Source: Eledone cirrhosa
Lineage: Eukaryota
Reading direction: 5' to 3'
Assembly: GCA_964016885.1 (NCBI GenBank)
Contig: OZ024743.1
Span: 41,044,001-41,108,000 of the forward strand
Length of the DNA: 64,000 bases
The notes below the pieces were generated by a model. That model ran no database searches and was not told where the DNA came from. It saw only the letters and a list, made by a program, of their open reading frames with translations. This document shows positions 32,380-49,191 of the stretch, one piece after another. The first letter of the stretch is position 1. Each line of letters begins with the position of its first letter. A program made the position numbers and the translations under genes.

Positions 32380-33345
32380 TGTATAATTATAAGTTTGAAG
32401 AACAAACAGTTGAAATTTACCTAGTTTTTATTCTTAGTCCGGAGAAATTAACTAAATAAATAATCAAGTAAACGGAGTTAAATTTAAAATGTAAGTTTGA
32501 AGAAATAATTGTTTCTACTTTTGGCACAAGGCCAGCAATTATCGAGTGTATTACTGATACCCTATTTTATCGACCCCGTAAGGGTGAAAGGCAAAGTTAA
32601 TCTCGGCGGGATTTGAACTCAGACCATAAAGGGCCATAACTGTTTGCTCCAAAGCATGGTGCCAGACCCTCTACCGATACTGCCAATCCACTGCCCTTGA
32701 AGTAATAATAGAGAAATGTTTACCGATATTCCTCTAGCCCCGATTGCCGCCAGTTTTTATCTGTATGTGCTTCAAACTTATAGATTTATATAGCTCTGAT
32801 TAATAATTATTTATTTAATTCATTCATTCATAGAACCACTTCTTTGAAGCTGAGGTGCACTCATATATGTATCTATGTTTATATTCAAATATATATGTTT
32901 CCTCTGACTTTGTTCTAACTCCCATACGGCTGAGTAAAGGTTAGGCTGTAACTAACTCCTTCCTTTAGCAATGAACTTACTAGCCACCAGCCTACCCTTC
33001 ACACCACTTCTATCTTGACCGTTAGCCGCCTGATAACAGCACTCCTTTAGAATTTGTTTTCTGCGGCGATCACTGAAAAAGAAATCAGTCCTAATTGAAG
33101 GAGCCACTTGATAAACTTGACGCATCATGGATAATGTGCATGTTCAGCGATCATGCACTTTTCCACATATCACAAGGGAAATTGCCAGTTGGTGTTAGAG
33201 GAGTATCGGTAAACCTTTCTTTATTATTTCATTTTAAACTTAGCTCCGATTAATTGATATTTATTTAGCTAATATCTCCGGACTAAGGAGAAGAAATAGG
33301 TACATTTTATCTGTCTCTTCTTCAAAATTATAATTTTATATACAT
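32380..33345. repeat. Diverged inverted repeat (foldback/MITE-like) with a SINE inserted in the left arm
   Basis: cttagtccggaga (about 32435) is inverted at tctccggactaag (about 33275); tttaccgatattcctcta (about 32720) is inverted at tagaggagtatcggtaaa (about 33196). Confidence 0.55.
32508..32697 (-). mobile_element. tRNA-derived SINE
   Basis: Same family as 58249-58436; possible TSD ttgaagaaataat/ttgaagtaataat. Confidence 0.85.
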
Positions 33346-33402
33346 CTAAGTAATGATTATTAATTTAATTTACTAATTCATACAGCCACACACACACACA
33401 TA

Positions 33403-33434
<32 letters not shown>

Positions 33435-33949
33435 CGTGTGTGTGCGTGTGTGTGTGTGTGTCTGTGTCTGTGTCTGTCTGTCTGTATGTCTGTCTTCTGT
33501 GTGTGTGCACGTGTGTTTGCATGCCTGTGACTTCGTACGCATATGTGTCATCATCATCATCACCGGTATATGTCAGTCGTAGACGTTGGAATCAATCAAT
33601 GGATTTTCCTTCCAAAAGTGCTGTGGAGGCTGTCCACAGTTAGTTTGATACACACACCCACATACTCACACACATATATAGACAGAGAGTGAGAGAGGGG
33701 TGTGTGTGTGTTTCTGTATGTTTATGCATGTGGTTTAGAATAATTTATTGTTGCTGTAATAACATACGTAAATAATCGCAAGTCAATCGTACAATGATTG
33801 CATTATAGTGAAACTTGAATAAATCAAACAGTATATAAAGGTTCTATAACGCAAGAACATACACGCACACACATACAAATCAAAATACACATTCACACAC
33901 TTATATGTACATACATGCACATATATAAATAATTACATCCACCCATCTC

Positions 33950-34035
<86 letters not shown>

Positions 34036-34131
34036 ATATATATATAATATATATATATATATTATATATAATATAGTAATAATAATAATGCAGCGATTCT
34101 TTGCTTAAACTTTAACCTGTTATTTTAATAA

Positions 34132-34174
<43 letters not shown>

Positions 34175-34224
34175 TATATATATAATATATATATATATAT
34201 ATAATATATATATATATATATACA

Positions 34225-34257
<33 letters not shown>

Positions 34258-34428
34258 ATATATTATATATATATATATATATATACAATATATATATATA
34301 TATATATATATACAATATATATATATATATATATATATTATATAATATATATATTATATATATATAATATATATAATATATATATATATATATAATATAT
34401 ATATATATAATATATATATATATAATAT

Positions 34429-34473
<45 letters not shown>

Positions 34474-34564
34474 TATATATAATATATATATATATAACTT
34501 TGAATAACTTTGAATTGTTTTGGCCAGTATTGGCCCAGGCCATGTCTAACTTAATAGCACCACC

Positions 34565-34624
<60 letters not shown>

Positions 34625-34811
34625 ATTGTTTCTACTTTAGGCACAAGGCCAGCAATTACCCAGTGTTTTACTGGTACTTTATTTTATCGACCCCGTAAGG
34701 ATGAAAGGCAAAGTCAACCCCGGCGGGATTTGAACTCAGATCGTAAAGGGACGTAACTATGCTAGAAAGCATGGCGTCAAACCCTCTACCGATACTGCCA
34801 ATCCACCGCCT
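34625..34811 (-). mobile_element. tRNA-derived SINE (duplicate at 37792-37979)
   Basis: Same family as 58249-58436. Confidence 0.85.
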
Positions 34812-34815
34812 TTAT

Positions 34816-34847
<32 letters not shown>

Positions 34848-34868
34848 ATATATAATATATATATAAAT

Positions 34869-34900
<32 letters not shown>

Positions 34901-34939
34901 ATATATATATATATATTTAACATATATATATATATATAA

Positions 34940-35105
34940 TAGCCCACAGCAAGACACAAGGGAAACCTAAGGGCAGCAGCAACAAACTCCCTCTTACACC
35001 AGTGGCCAACCTATACAGGCTCGAGATAAAATGTGTAGCAATAAGGGCGGTGCCCCAGCATGGCCTCAGCCGGATGGCTGAAACAGGTAAAAGAGTAAAA
35101 GAGTA
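34940..35105 (+). mobile_element. Probable RTE-type LINE 3' tail (duplicate at 38115-38280)
   Basis: gcggtgccccagcatggc..gctgaaac followed by the short tandem tail taaaagag taaaagag; assignment is from recalled similarity. Confidence 0.5.
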
Positions 35106-35210
35106 TATATATAATATATATATATATATATAATATATATATATATATAATAAATATATATATATATATATAATATATATATAATATATATATATGTATA
35201 TATATATATA

Positions 35211-35263
<53 letters not shown>

Positions 35264-35300
35264 ATCTATTATATATATATATATATATTATATATATATA

Positions 35301-35332
<32 letters not shown>

Positions 35333-35340
35333 GTATTATT

Positions 35341-35434
<94 letters not shown>

Positions 35435-35463
35435 ATAGATATATATGTCTATATATATATATT

Positions 35464-35530
<67 letters not shown>

Positions 35531-35774
35531 TCATTTGATTTATTGATTTATTGATATTTTATCTGAGTGACCCGAATCTTCCAGATCGTAATTTTTCGGT
35601 CGTATGGTTGATTTTAGACATGATCTATGTGTGTTGGCATTTAACGATAGTTATAGCTCTGATTTATCTGAATTATTGAGCCCTCTGCCACTCATTTCGA
35701 ATTTTGTTTATCGTAAACTCGTGCGCCGATTTTTCGATACTCGATTATTCTACTATATATATATATATATATAT

Positions 35775-35860
35775 CCCAAAAGTCAGCTCAAAAGTGACAC
35801 AGAGGAGACTGAGGTTGGCTGGACATGCTCACCGACATACAGAGTTGACATTGCACTATA
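35775..35860 (+). pseudogene. RTE-clade ORF C-terminal fragment (duplicate at 39035-39120)
   Basis: PKVSSKVTQRRLRLAGHAHRH matches the RRLRLAGH..R motif downstream of RTE RT. Confidence 0.6.
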
Positions 35861-36355
35861 ATTCTAGCAGCACGTGTATGTGACTAGCTAGACACTGGAT
35901 AACCGCGTGAAATTACCTCGTGCGCTAAACAGTCTTTCTAAATATTTTGAAGTGGAACATACCAATTTTTGTAGTGCTTGCTGAGGAGATCAAAATGCGG
36001 TATTTCTTCCACTTTTTCATTATTCGAAACATATTTGGATTTTAAGGTTTAAACCTGTCTACGGAACAGGTTTGATTTTGAAATTTAAATTTGTCCAAGC
36101 ACCACGGCCATTGCCAATACAATTTGTTTTTGTTGATTTATTATCTTAAGTCAAGATAGGCAAACTGTAATATTATTATTAGTATATTTCAATCTAGCTA
36201 ACTTGGTCATTTACAATACAAACATGAATATGTTGGGATTTGTGTTTATCAAATATATTAATATATATTAACCTGTATTACACGGCTCAGAAATACTCTT
36301 TCTTTGAGCTATTTCATTGTAAAAGACTGCCTGAGATTTGAACTCATTATTATTG

Positions 36356-36426
<71 letters not shown>

Positions 36427-36611
36427 GATAAATCTACCAAGAGTTTACGGTAGTGTCCAATCCGTATGAAGAACTCAATGTAATCCGGATATCATGGAAA
36501 GAAGAGATTCAAAAATCACTTTCGGTGAAAGATAAACGGAATACAGAGTCTAGATAAAGTATTAAAAAAATAATGAATAAAACAATATTATTGAAGACGA
36601 ATATTTCTGAA

Positions 36612-36762
36612 GATTATATTTCTGAAGACGGCATATGTATGTGTTGGTATGTATATTAGATTTGATAGTTTGTATAATTTTGTATAATTTTGTACATAGA
36701 TCTGTTGAATATGCATGCCAATTCTAACACATATATGTCCTAGAAACGATCGTTAAATAATG
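36612..36762 (+). ncRNA. Family E HHR with >100-nt stem II (duplicate at about 39876-40025)
   Basis: tattt-CTGAAGA-cggcatatgtatgtgttgg...ctaacacatatatgtccta-GAAA-cgatcg-TT|aaata; palindromic ACGATCGT. Confidence 0.6.
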
Positions 36763-36820
36763 AGCTTTTTTTGTTTAATATAAGGAACTGTTTCATTGTT
36801 TTATTCATTATTTTTTTTAT

Positions 36821-36967
<147 letters not shown>

Positions 36968-37124
36968 CGTATTTAAGAAAGCCACAACAATGCAGAGGGA
37001 AATCTCGAGGTAGGAAGTGAAAGATAGATAGGAAAAACAGGTGAAAGTGAAAATTGAGAGAGACAAAGATGAAAACAAAACAAAGGTAGAAGGGTTACCG
37101 TAGTAGAGATTTAATCCCTATATT

Positions 37125-37173
<49 letters not shown>

Positions 37174-37175
37174 CA

Positions 37176-37213
<38 letters not shown>

Positions 37214-37258
37214 TATATATATATATTATATATATTTTATATATATATATATATATAT

Positions 37259-37297
<39 letters not shown>

Positions 37298-37305
37298 TAT
37301 ATATA

Positions 37306-37345
<40 letters not shown>

Positions 37346-37386
37346 TATATATATAATATGTATATATAATATATATATATATATAT

Positions 37387-37432
<46 letters not shown>

Positions 37433-37590
37433 ATATATACAATATATATATATATATATATATATACAATATATATATATATATATTATATATATATATA
37501 ATATATATATTATATATAATATATATAATATATATATATATATATAATATATATATAATATATATATATATAATATGTATATATATATGT

Positions 37591-37623
<33 letters not shown>

Positions 37624-37738
37624 TATATATAATATATATATATATAACTTTGAATAACTTTGAATTGTTTTGGCCAGTATTGGCCCAGGCCATGTCTAAC
37701 TTAATAGCACTACCTATATATATATATATATTATATAT

Positions 37739-37795
<57 letters not shown>

Positions 37796-37998
37796 GTTTC
37801 TACTTTAGGCACAAGGCCAGTAATTACCCAGTGTATTACTGGTACTTTATTTTATCGACCCCGTAAGGATGAAAGGCAAAGTCAACCTCGGCGGGATTTG
37901 AAGTCAGATCGTAAAGGGACGTAACTATGCTAGAAAGCATGGCGTCAAACCCTCTACCGATACTGCCAATCCACCGCCTTTATATATATATATAATAT

Positions 37999-38030
<32 letters not shown>

Positions 38031-38294
38031 ATATATATATATATATAATATATAATATATATATATATATATATAATATATATATATATATTTAACATAT
38101 ATATATATATATAATAGCCCACAGCAAGACACAAGGGAAACCTAAGGGCAGCAGCAACAAACTCCCTCTTACACCAGTGGCCAACCTATACAGGCTCGAG
38201 ATAAAATGTGTAGCAATAAGGGCGGTGCCCCAGCATGGCCTCAGCCGGATGGCTGAAACAGGTAAAAGAGTAAAAGAGTATATATATAATATAT

Positions 38295-38326
<32 letters not shown>

Positions 38327-38419
38327 ATATATATATATATATAATATATATATATATATAATAAATATATATATATATATAATATATATATAATATATAT
38401 ATATGTATATATATATATA

Positions 38420-38469
<50 letters not shown>

Positions 38470-38532
38470 TATATTATATATATATATATATTATATATAT
38501 ATATATATTATATATATATATATATATATATG

Positions 38533-38635
<103 letters not shown>

Positions 38636-38669
38636 ATATAGATATATATGTCTATATATATATATTTAA

Positions 38670-38747
<78 letters not shown>

Positions 38748-38968
38748 TCATTTGATTTATTGATTTATTGATATTTTATCTGAGTGACCCGAATCTTCCA
38801 GATCGTAATTTTTCGGTCGTATGGTTGACTTTAGACATGATCTATGTGTGTTGGCATTTTAACGATAGTTATAGCTCTGATTTATCTGAATTATTGAGCC
38901 CTCTGCCACTCATTTCGAATTTTGTTTATCGTGAACTCGTGCGCCGATTTTTCGATACTCGATTATTC

Positions 38969-39037
<69 letters not shown>

Positions 39038-39615
39038 AAAAGTCAGCTCAAAAGTGACACAGAGGAGACTGAGGTTGGCTGGACATGCTCATCGACATAC
39101 AGAGTTGACATTGCACTATAATTCTAGCAGCACGTGTATGTGACTAGCTAGACACTGGATAACCGCGTGAAATTACCTCGTGCGCTAAACAGTCTTTCTA
39201 AATATTTTGAAGTGGAACATACCAATTTTTGTAGTGCTTGCTGAGGAGATCAAAATGCGGTATTTCTTCCACTTTTTCATTATTCGAAACATATTTGGAT
39301 TTTAAGGTTTAAACCTGTCTACGGAACAGGTTTGATTTTGAAATTTAAATTTGTCCAAGCACCACGGCCATTGCCAATACAATTTGTTTTTGTTGATTTA
39401 TTATCTTAAGTCAAGATAGGCAAACTGTAATATTATTATTAGTATATTTCAATCTAGCTAACTTGGTCATTTACAATACAAACATGAATATGTTGGGATT
39501 TGTGTTTATCAAATATATTAATATATATTAACCTGTATTACACGGCTCAAAAATACTCTTTCTTTGAGCTATTTCATTGTAAAAGACTGCTTGAGATTTG
39601 AACTCATTATTATTG

Positions 39616-39684
<69 letters not shown>

Positions 39685-40084
39685 GATAAATCTACCAAGA
39701 GTTTACGGTAGTGTCCAATCCGTATGAAGAACTCAATGTAATCCGGATATCATGGAAAGAAGAGATGCATTCAAAAATCACTTTCGGTGAAAGATAAACG
39801 GAATACAGAGTCTAGATAAAGTATTAAAAAAATAATGAATAAAACAATATTATTGAAGACGAATATTTCTGAAGATTATATTTCTGAAGACGGCATATGT
39901 ATGTGTTGGTATGTATATTAGATTTGATAGTTTGTATAATTTTGTATAATTTTGTACATAGATCTGTTGAATATGCATGCCAATTCTAACACATATATGT
40001 CCTAGAAACGATCGTTAAATAATGAACTTTTTTTGTTTAATATAAGGAACTGTTTCATTGTTTTATTCATTGTTTTTTTTATAC

Positions 40085-40197
<113 letters not shown>

Positions 40198-40348
40198 CGT
40201 ATTTAAGAAAGCCACAACAATGCAGAGGGAAATCTCGAGGTAGGAAGTGAAAGATAGATAGGAAAAACAGGTGAAAGTGAAAATTGAGAGAGACAAAGAT
40301 GAAAACAAAACAAAGGTAGAAGGGTTACCGTAGTAGAGATTTAATCCC

Positions 40349-40397
<49 letters not shown>

Positions 40398-40399
40398 CA

Positions 40400-40454
<55 letters not shown>

Positions 40455-40515
40455 ATATATTATATATATTATATATATATATATATATATTAAATATATA
40501 TATATATATATATTA

Positions 40516-40571
<56 letters not shown>

Positions 40572-40605
40572 TATATATATATATATTATATATATTATAT
40601 ATATA

Positions 40606-40792
<187 letters not shown>

Positions 40793-40839
40793 TATATATA
40801 TTATATATATTACATATATATATATTAAATATATATATA

Positions 40840-40966
<127 letters not shown>

Positions 40967-41020
40967 TATATATATATAATATATATATATATATTATATA
41001 TATTATATATATATATATAT

Positions 41021-41110
<90 letters not shown>

Positions 41111-41114
<4 letters not shown>

Positions 41115-42005
41115 ACATCTTTCTAGCGGGTCTGGGTGAGTTTTTTACATTCATTTAATTTATTAATTTATTGATATTTTATTTGAGTGACCCGAATCTT
41201 CCTGGTCGTTCTTTTTCGCCTGCACGGGTGATTTTAGGCATGATCTCCGTGTGCTGGTATTTTAACGATAGTTATAGCTCTGGTTTATCCAAATTATTAA
41301 TCCCTCTGCCAGACATGTCGGATATTGTTTATCGTGATTTCGTGGTTAGATTTTCCGATTCTCGATCATTCGACTGTATTTAGCTCTAGTCTTTAGCTAT
41401 TGACCAGTTAATTTTACTGATGATTTTTTTGTTGATCTTATTGACTGATGTATAGCTCTTGTTTATTTTAACACGTCTGTTGAGCATTCTGATTCGATAT
41501 GTGATACTTTGTATTCTTACATAATTTACACATCACCAAATTCCATCGATAATATAGGGGTTACCTCCCTTGCTGAATACCATGTGCGTTTTTTGGCTAT
41601 AGGTCCCCTCTGTATTATTGGACGGAAACTCGTTGAAGAAGCTATTCCGCGTTCGTCCCTTCTCTAGAAGTCTTATATATTTTTTCTGTGGGGTGATAGT
41701 GATTGGATTAAGGAATCGCAGAAACCCAAGAAGCTAGATTTTAACATCTTTCTAACGGGTGCGGGTGAGTTTTTTACATTCATTTAATTTATTAATTTAT
41801 TGATATTTTATTTGAGTGACCCGAATCTTCCTGGTCGTTCTTTTTCGCCTGCACGTGTGACTTTAGGCATGATCTCTGTGTGGTGGCATTTTAACGATAG
41901 TTATAGCTCTGGTTTATCCAAATTATTGAGCCCTCTGCCACACATGTCGGATATTGTTTATCGTGATTTTGTGGGCCGATATTCCGATTCTCGATCATTC
42001 TACTA
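41111..42005. repeat. ~630-bp tandem unit (about 1.4 copies); partial copies at 35528-35755 and 38745-38972
   Basis: tttaacatctttcta recurs at 41111 and 41740. Confidence 0.8.
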
Positions 42006-42236
42006 TTATATATATATAAATATATATATATTATATATATTATATATATATATAATAAATATATATATATAATATATATATTTATATATATATATATATT
42101 ATATATATATGTATATCATATATATATATATATATTATATATATATATATATATTATATATAAATATATTATATATATATATATATTATATAAATATATA
42201 TATTATTATATATATATATATATATATAAATATATA

Positions 42237-42282
<46 letters not shown>

Positions 42283-42367
42283 ATATATATATATATATTA
42301 TATATATATATATTACATATATATATATTACATATATATATATATCATAAAAAAAAATATATATATA

Positions 42368-42443
<76 letters not shown>

Positions 42444-42484
42444 ATATTATATATATATATATATATTATATATATATATATATC

Positions 42485-42526
<42 letters not shown>

Positions 42527-42528
42527 AT

Positions 42529-42576
<48 letters not shown>

Positions 42577-42731
42577 ATATATATTATACATATATATATA
42601 TATATATTACATATATATATATATTATATATATATATATATTATATATATATATATATATAATATATATATATATTATAAATATATATTATCTCCATATA
42701 TATATATATATATTTATTATTTATATATATA

Positions 42732-42778
<47 letters not shown>

Positions 42779-42847
42779 ATATTATATATATATATATATA
42801 TATATTATAAATATATATATAATATATAATATATATATATAATATAT

Positions 42848-42967
<120 letters not shown>

Positions 42968-43006
42968 ATATATATATATGTATTATATATATATATATAT
43001 ATGTAT

Positions 43007-43040
<34 letters not shown>

Positions 43041-43301
43041 GTCATATATAAAAAATTTTACTCTGCCATGTATTGAGTACCTTACTTACTGTGGTTATCC
43101 CCGACTCAACCCGGGACCTACGTATATTACATATATATATATATATTATATAATATATATATATAATATATATATATTATATATATATATTATATATATA
43201 TATTATATATATATATATATATATAATATATAATTATTATATATATATATATATAATATATTATATATATATATTATATATAATATATTATATATATATA
43301 T

Positions 43302-43358
<57 letters not shown>

Positions 43359-43496
43359 ATAATTTATATAAATATATTTTATATATATATATATATATTA
43401 TATATTATATATATATATTATATATATATATATTATATAGATATATATTATGTATATATATATATAATATATAATATATATATATATATATATATA

Positions 43497-43587
<91 letters not shown>

Positions 43588-43764
43588 TATATATATAGAG
43601 AGAGAGAGATAATATATATTTATAATATATATATATATATATATATAATACATATATATATATATATAATATATATATATATAATATATATATATATATG
43701 TATATATATAATATATATATATATATATAATATACATATATATATATATAATATATATATATAT

Positions 43765-44423
43765 AGTATTAATTATACTATTTATGGTTATGTAAATAGA
43801 AAAACCTTTTGCAGTTATATATATTTTTATATAAACCCTAAATAGCGGTAGGCAGTAATATATTACTACCTTATTACCAGTAAGTTAAATAGCTCAATGT
43901 AAAAACATCAGATGATTTACAGAGCAGTTATATGAATTATAAGAATCAAAGAACTGTTCAAAACATTTTTATGCTTACAACTGTTTCCTCCAAACCGAGG
44001 TTTGGATTCTTCGGAGCAATTTATTATTGAATGAACACTTTTATGACCTCCTTTTCACCCAAGAGTCATACAGATACATATGCCAATATTGTGGGTCAAC
44101 ATTCATTATAGCATTTAGAGTGGCAGTACACACTTAGACATTACATTCATATTAACAGATACAATCAAAAATATATAATATAAAATTGTTGATTGTATCT
44201 TTTAATATGAATGTAATCTCTAAGTGTGTACTGCCACTCTAAATGCTATAAGGAATGTTGACCCACTATGTTGGCATATGTATCTGTATGTCTCTTGTCT
44301 GAAAAGGAGGTCATATAAGTGTTCATTCAATAATAAATTGCTCCGAAGAATACAAACCTCGGTTTGGAGGAAACAGTTGTAAGCATAAAAATGTTTTGAA
44401 CAGTTCTTTGATTCTTATAATTC

Positions 44424-44425
<2 letters not shown>
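43765..44425 (-). mobile_element. Family F HHR module, fold-back, with CCGAAGA core
   Basis: 43930-44195 is inverted at 44185-44425; ttgct-CCGAAGA-atccaaacc..ggtttggag-GAAA-cagttg-TA|agca; further copies at 49770-49970 and 51480-51770, tail only at 47782-47990. Confidence 0.75.
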
Positions 44426-44488
<63 letters not shown>

Positions 44489-44693
44489 TATATAATATAT
44501 ATATATATAATATATATATATAATAAATATATATATATATATATAATATATATATATATATAATATATATATATATAATATATATATATATAATATATAT
44601 ATATATATAATATATATATATATATATAATATATATATATATAATATACATATATATATATATATAATATATATATATATAATATACATATAC

Positions 44694-44817
<124 letters not shown>

Positions 44818-44845
44818 ATATATAATATATATATATATAATATAT

Positions 44846-45042
<197 letters not shown>

Positions 45043-45077
45043 ATATATATATATATATAATATATATGTATAATATA

Positions 45078-45375
45078 TATAAGAACAAAAGATGGTTAAA
45101 AGAGTTCCATGTATTTTATTATGCACATTTCAAAGACAGATATCATCATGCAATAATATTTGTGTTTTCATCAGATAAAATATTTCATAAGATGAAAACA
45201 CAAATATTATTGCATGATGATATTTGTTTTTGAAATGCGCATAATAAAATACATGGAACTCTTTTAACTATATTTTGTTCTTATATATTATGTATACTCC
45301 AGTCCTACAAACTGTAGAGTGCTTCTTATCCGATATCTGCATTGCTTTATTGTACTACAATAAAACTCACCTCCT
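45078..45375 (+). mobile_element. Family A-type HHR fold-back module
   Basis: 45078-45172 is inverted at 45190-45285; minus arm tattttat-CTGATGA..GAAA-tgtgca-TA|ataaaata; plus arm has the perfect palindrome ATGCGCAT. Confidence 0.75.
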
Positions 45376-45379
45376 ACAT

Positions 45380-45412
<33 letters not shown>

Positions 45413-45418
45413 ATATAT

Positions 45419-45529
<111 letters not shown>

Positions 45530-45552
45530 TATATATAATATATATATATAAT

Positions 45553-45701
45553 ATGAGGTGCGGCCGTTTCGACAGCTAGATCCGAACAGCCGGAGCTCAG
45601 CCGTCGGTCCTGACTCTTCTTGAATTACCCTATTTACCACCCAAAGTATCGAGAACCCTGGTGCGTTATGGTCCACCTGGTATCTTACCACACCTCCTTT
45701 G

Positions 45702-45703
<2 letters not shown>
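45553..45703 (+). mobile_element. Diverged family C module
   Basis: gagctcagccgtc..ggtgcgttatggtccacctgg is shared with 11060-11177. Confidence 0.7.
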
Positions 45704-45761
<58 letters not shown>

Positions 45762-46728
45762 CACACACATATACATTGACACATCTATATACATTCACAT
45801 AATCTTCCATTTAATATAAGCTAGGAATTTATTTTAGCGTGCCTAATTCCATCTCGCGGTTCAACGAGAAATAATGTTTAACTTCATGTTGCAGTCTCAC
45901 GTTTCAAACTCTGAAAGTCAGTATTTTCTTTCTTTTTACTTTGACACAGTTTTATCCTGGAAGTCATTTTGGTCTACATTGATGAAGAAACTGCTTCGAC
46001 ATAATTATTTTTGAGATTTCAATAAACACCTACCTATCGCTATAATCATATCGGTTATACCTTGTCACTTCATTATTACCGCCCCATATGTTTGTTTGAA
46101 CGTTGCACAAAAGACGACAATCATATTTCTCTCAGTATGTCTTCAAGGGAACAAATATCACTTCATAATATATTGCCCTAAAATAATCAAATCATTGAGC
46201 TATTTTTTTAAAATGTGATTCATTCACTTTTTCAAAGTATCAATCTCCAGCCGATTTGTTTGTGTGCGTGCATGTGTGCGTTTTTATATAATCACGAGGA
46301 TGTTTGTTCGATACTATTACATGCCGTTTTAGTCAATGTATTTTACTATAGGCGCAGTGAGAACGACCTAAATTCTTCCGACGGAAATTGGATAAACTGA
46401 ACTAGTATAGAAAATAGTTTGATTGATTTTACTGTAATTTAATCACCCACTGAATATTTCTATCAATTACGTTAAATAAGCACGTGTCTGAGAAATACAC
46501 AGCCACATATATGTAAGAAACAAGCATATCATTTGAACAAGGGAAACACACATTATCAACATTGGTGGCTCTACAATTACTTTAGTGTGTTCTCATAGAT
46601 AACTCGAATATACCCGTTATTAAGAATAAATGCGTCTAAATTTAATATGTATTATACTTACATTGTACCCAATCTACTATACACACATATATGAATATGT
46701 ATACACACACACACACACACACACACAT

Positions 46729-46767
<39 letters not shown>

Positions 46768-46768
<1 letters not shown>

Positions 46769-47493
46769 TGGTAAACGGAATAGAAAATGCAACAAATTGT
46801 TCACAGTTGAAAAATGGTTTAATTAGGAATAAAAGGGTATTAGTAATTGTATGGGTTAGTATTCAGTTGGGGTTTTAAGTTTTTAAGTTTTTACCGGTTG
46901 CGACTTTCTAAATGCTTTTCAAAAATAATTTTGAGATAGAGTGTCCGTGTTGTTTGCTCTGATCTGATTAGTTTTGGGACTTCTGCCTGTTTTTTTGGCG
47001 TAAAACCAATTTTTTATTCACATGACCTCTACCGACCAATCAAAATTGTTTTGACCACAAGAATTTTTGCAAACACCAAGTAGCGCTGGAGCCACTTTTT
47101 TAACATAAAAACAGTGTTGGCGCAAAATCAATTTTTTACATTCACATGACCTCTACCGACCAATCAAAATTGTTTTGACCACAAGAATTTTTGCAACACC
47201 AAAGTAGCGCTGGAGCCACTTTTTTAACATAAAAACAGGTAGAATTCCCAAAACTAATCAGATCAGAGCAAACAACACGGACACTCTATCTCAAAATTAT
47301 TTTTGAAAAGCATTTAGAAATGCGCAACCGGTAAAAACTTAAAAACTTAAAACCACAACTGAATACTAACCCATACAATTACTAATACTCTTTTATTCCT
47401 AATTAAACCATTTTTCAACTGTGAACAATTTGTCAGCATTTTCTATTCCGTTTACCAATATATAATAACTTGTGTGTTACACCTCTATTCTTT

Positions 47494-47500
<7 letters not shown>
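46768..47500. repeat. Fold-back island: ~210-bp inverted arms around a ~127-bp direct duplication
   Basis: 46768-46980 is inverted at 47245-47460; catgacctctaccgacc recurs at about 47021 and 47146. Confidence 0.8.
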
Positions 47501-47566
<66 letters not shown>

Positions 47567-47676
47567 CCTTATCGAGCCTTCTTTGGATTTTAGTCTTCAT
47601 TTTTATTATTATTACTATATATATATGTGTGTGCGTGTGTGAGTTTATTTATACACATATACACACTCACACACAT

Positions 47677-47787
<111 letters not shown>

Positions 47788-47981
47788 TCACAAAAATCAA
47801 TGATTCTTGTGAATTCTATATTATTGCTCTGTAGAACTACTGATGTTATTACATTGAGCTATTTATCTTACTGGTAATAAGGTAGTAATAAATTACTGAC
47901 CTTCACTGTTTAGGGTTTAAAATATACATAACTATAAAAAGTTTTAGTATATACATAACCATAAATAGTATCCTTAAGATT

Positions 47982-48024
<43 letters not shown>

Positions 48025-48669
48025 ATATATATGTATGAATAGAGTTTTTTTTGCTGTGTCTCAGTTTTCTTACATTTTCTATAAATCTCATATTCTCACA
48101 GCTCATCAAATCTTTAAACTTTGCGCACGATATTGTTTATACGTTCAAAGCTGTGTGATTTAGCTTCTAATTTAAAGAGAGATCTCTGTGTATATGTATC
48201 TTAATCTGTATTTATGATCCATAAATGGCATCTCGAAAATGAATATATAAAATATGTACAAGAATTGAAAATTCGTTCAGGAAACGATATGATTGCCGAG
48301 ATCCATTTGCGCTGATGTTCCGGCATGTTTGCAGTCTAATATGTGAAATAAATATGTGAATAAATACTACCATTTAACTAAAAAGCTACTTCATTAATAA
48401 TTGTTTCTACATTTGGCACAAGGCCAGCAATTATCCCAGTACATTGTGTAATAAATATCAAAGATATTGATTCTTCCGTTTAATTACTGATTAATTCATT
48501 GAAATATTTTTTTATAGCGAGGGGATACGTCATCAGTATATTAAATTCGTGTTATAAACATGTAAGTAACTAGGAGACGCTCCAGATTAAGAAATTTGGC
48601 CTTGATAAAGAAAATATTAATCTCGTTTATGTCAATGATTGAGATTTACCTCGAACGGCAGTTCTACTA

Positions 48670-48726
<57 letters not shown>

Positions 48727-48788
48727 TACATACATATATATATATATATATATACACATACATTTAAATACATACATACATACATACA

Positions 48789-48843
<55 letters not shown>

Positions 48844-48845
48844 CC

Positions 48846-48871
<26 letters not shown>

Positions 48872-48876
<5 letters not shown>

Positions 48877-49077
48877 AACAAGTAAGACCCCGACGGCTGA
48901 GCTCAAGCCGTTTCGACGGCTAATTCTGTAGTGAATTAGTACAGAATTAGCCGTCGAAACGGCTTGAGCTCAGCCGTCGGGGTCTTACTTGTTCCTATTA
49001 CCCACTCTACTACCCTAAATATTGAGTACTTTGGTGCGTTATGGTCCACCTGGTTCCTGACCACATTTCCTTCGTTA
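48872..49077 (+). mobile_element. Family C fold-back module
   Basis: Arms 48872-48930 and 48940-48998; perfect stem acggct-tgagctc-agccgt-C. Confidence 0.75.
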
Positions 49078-49098
49078 TATATATTTATATATATATAT

Positions 49099-49191
<93 letters not shown>

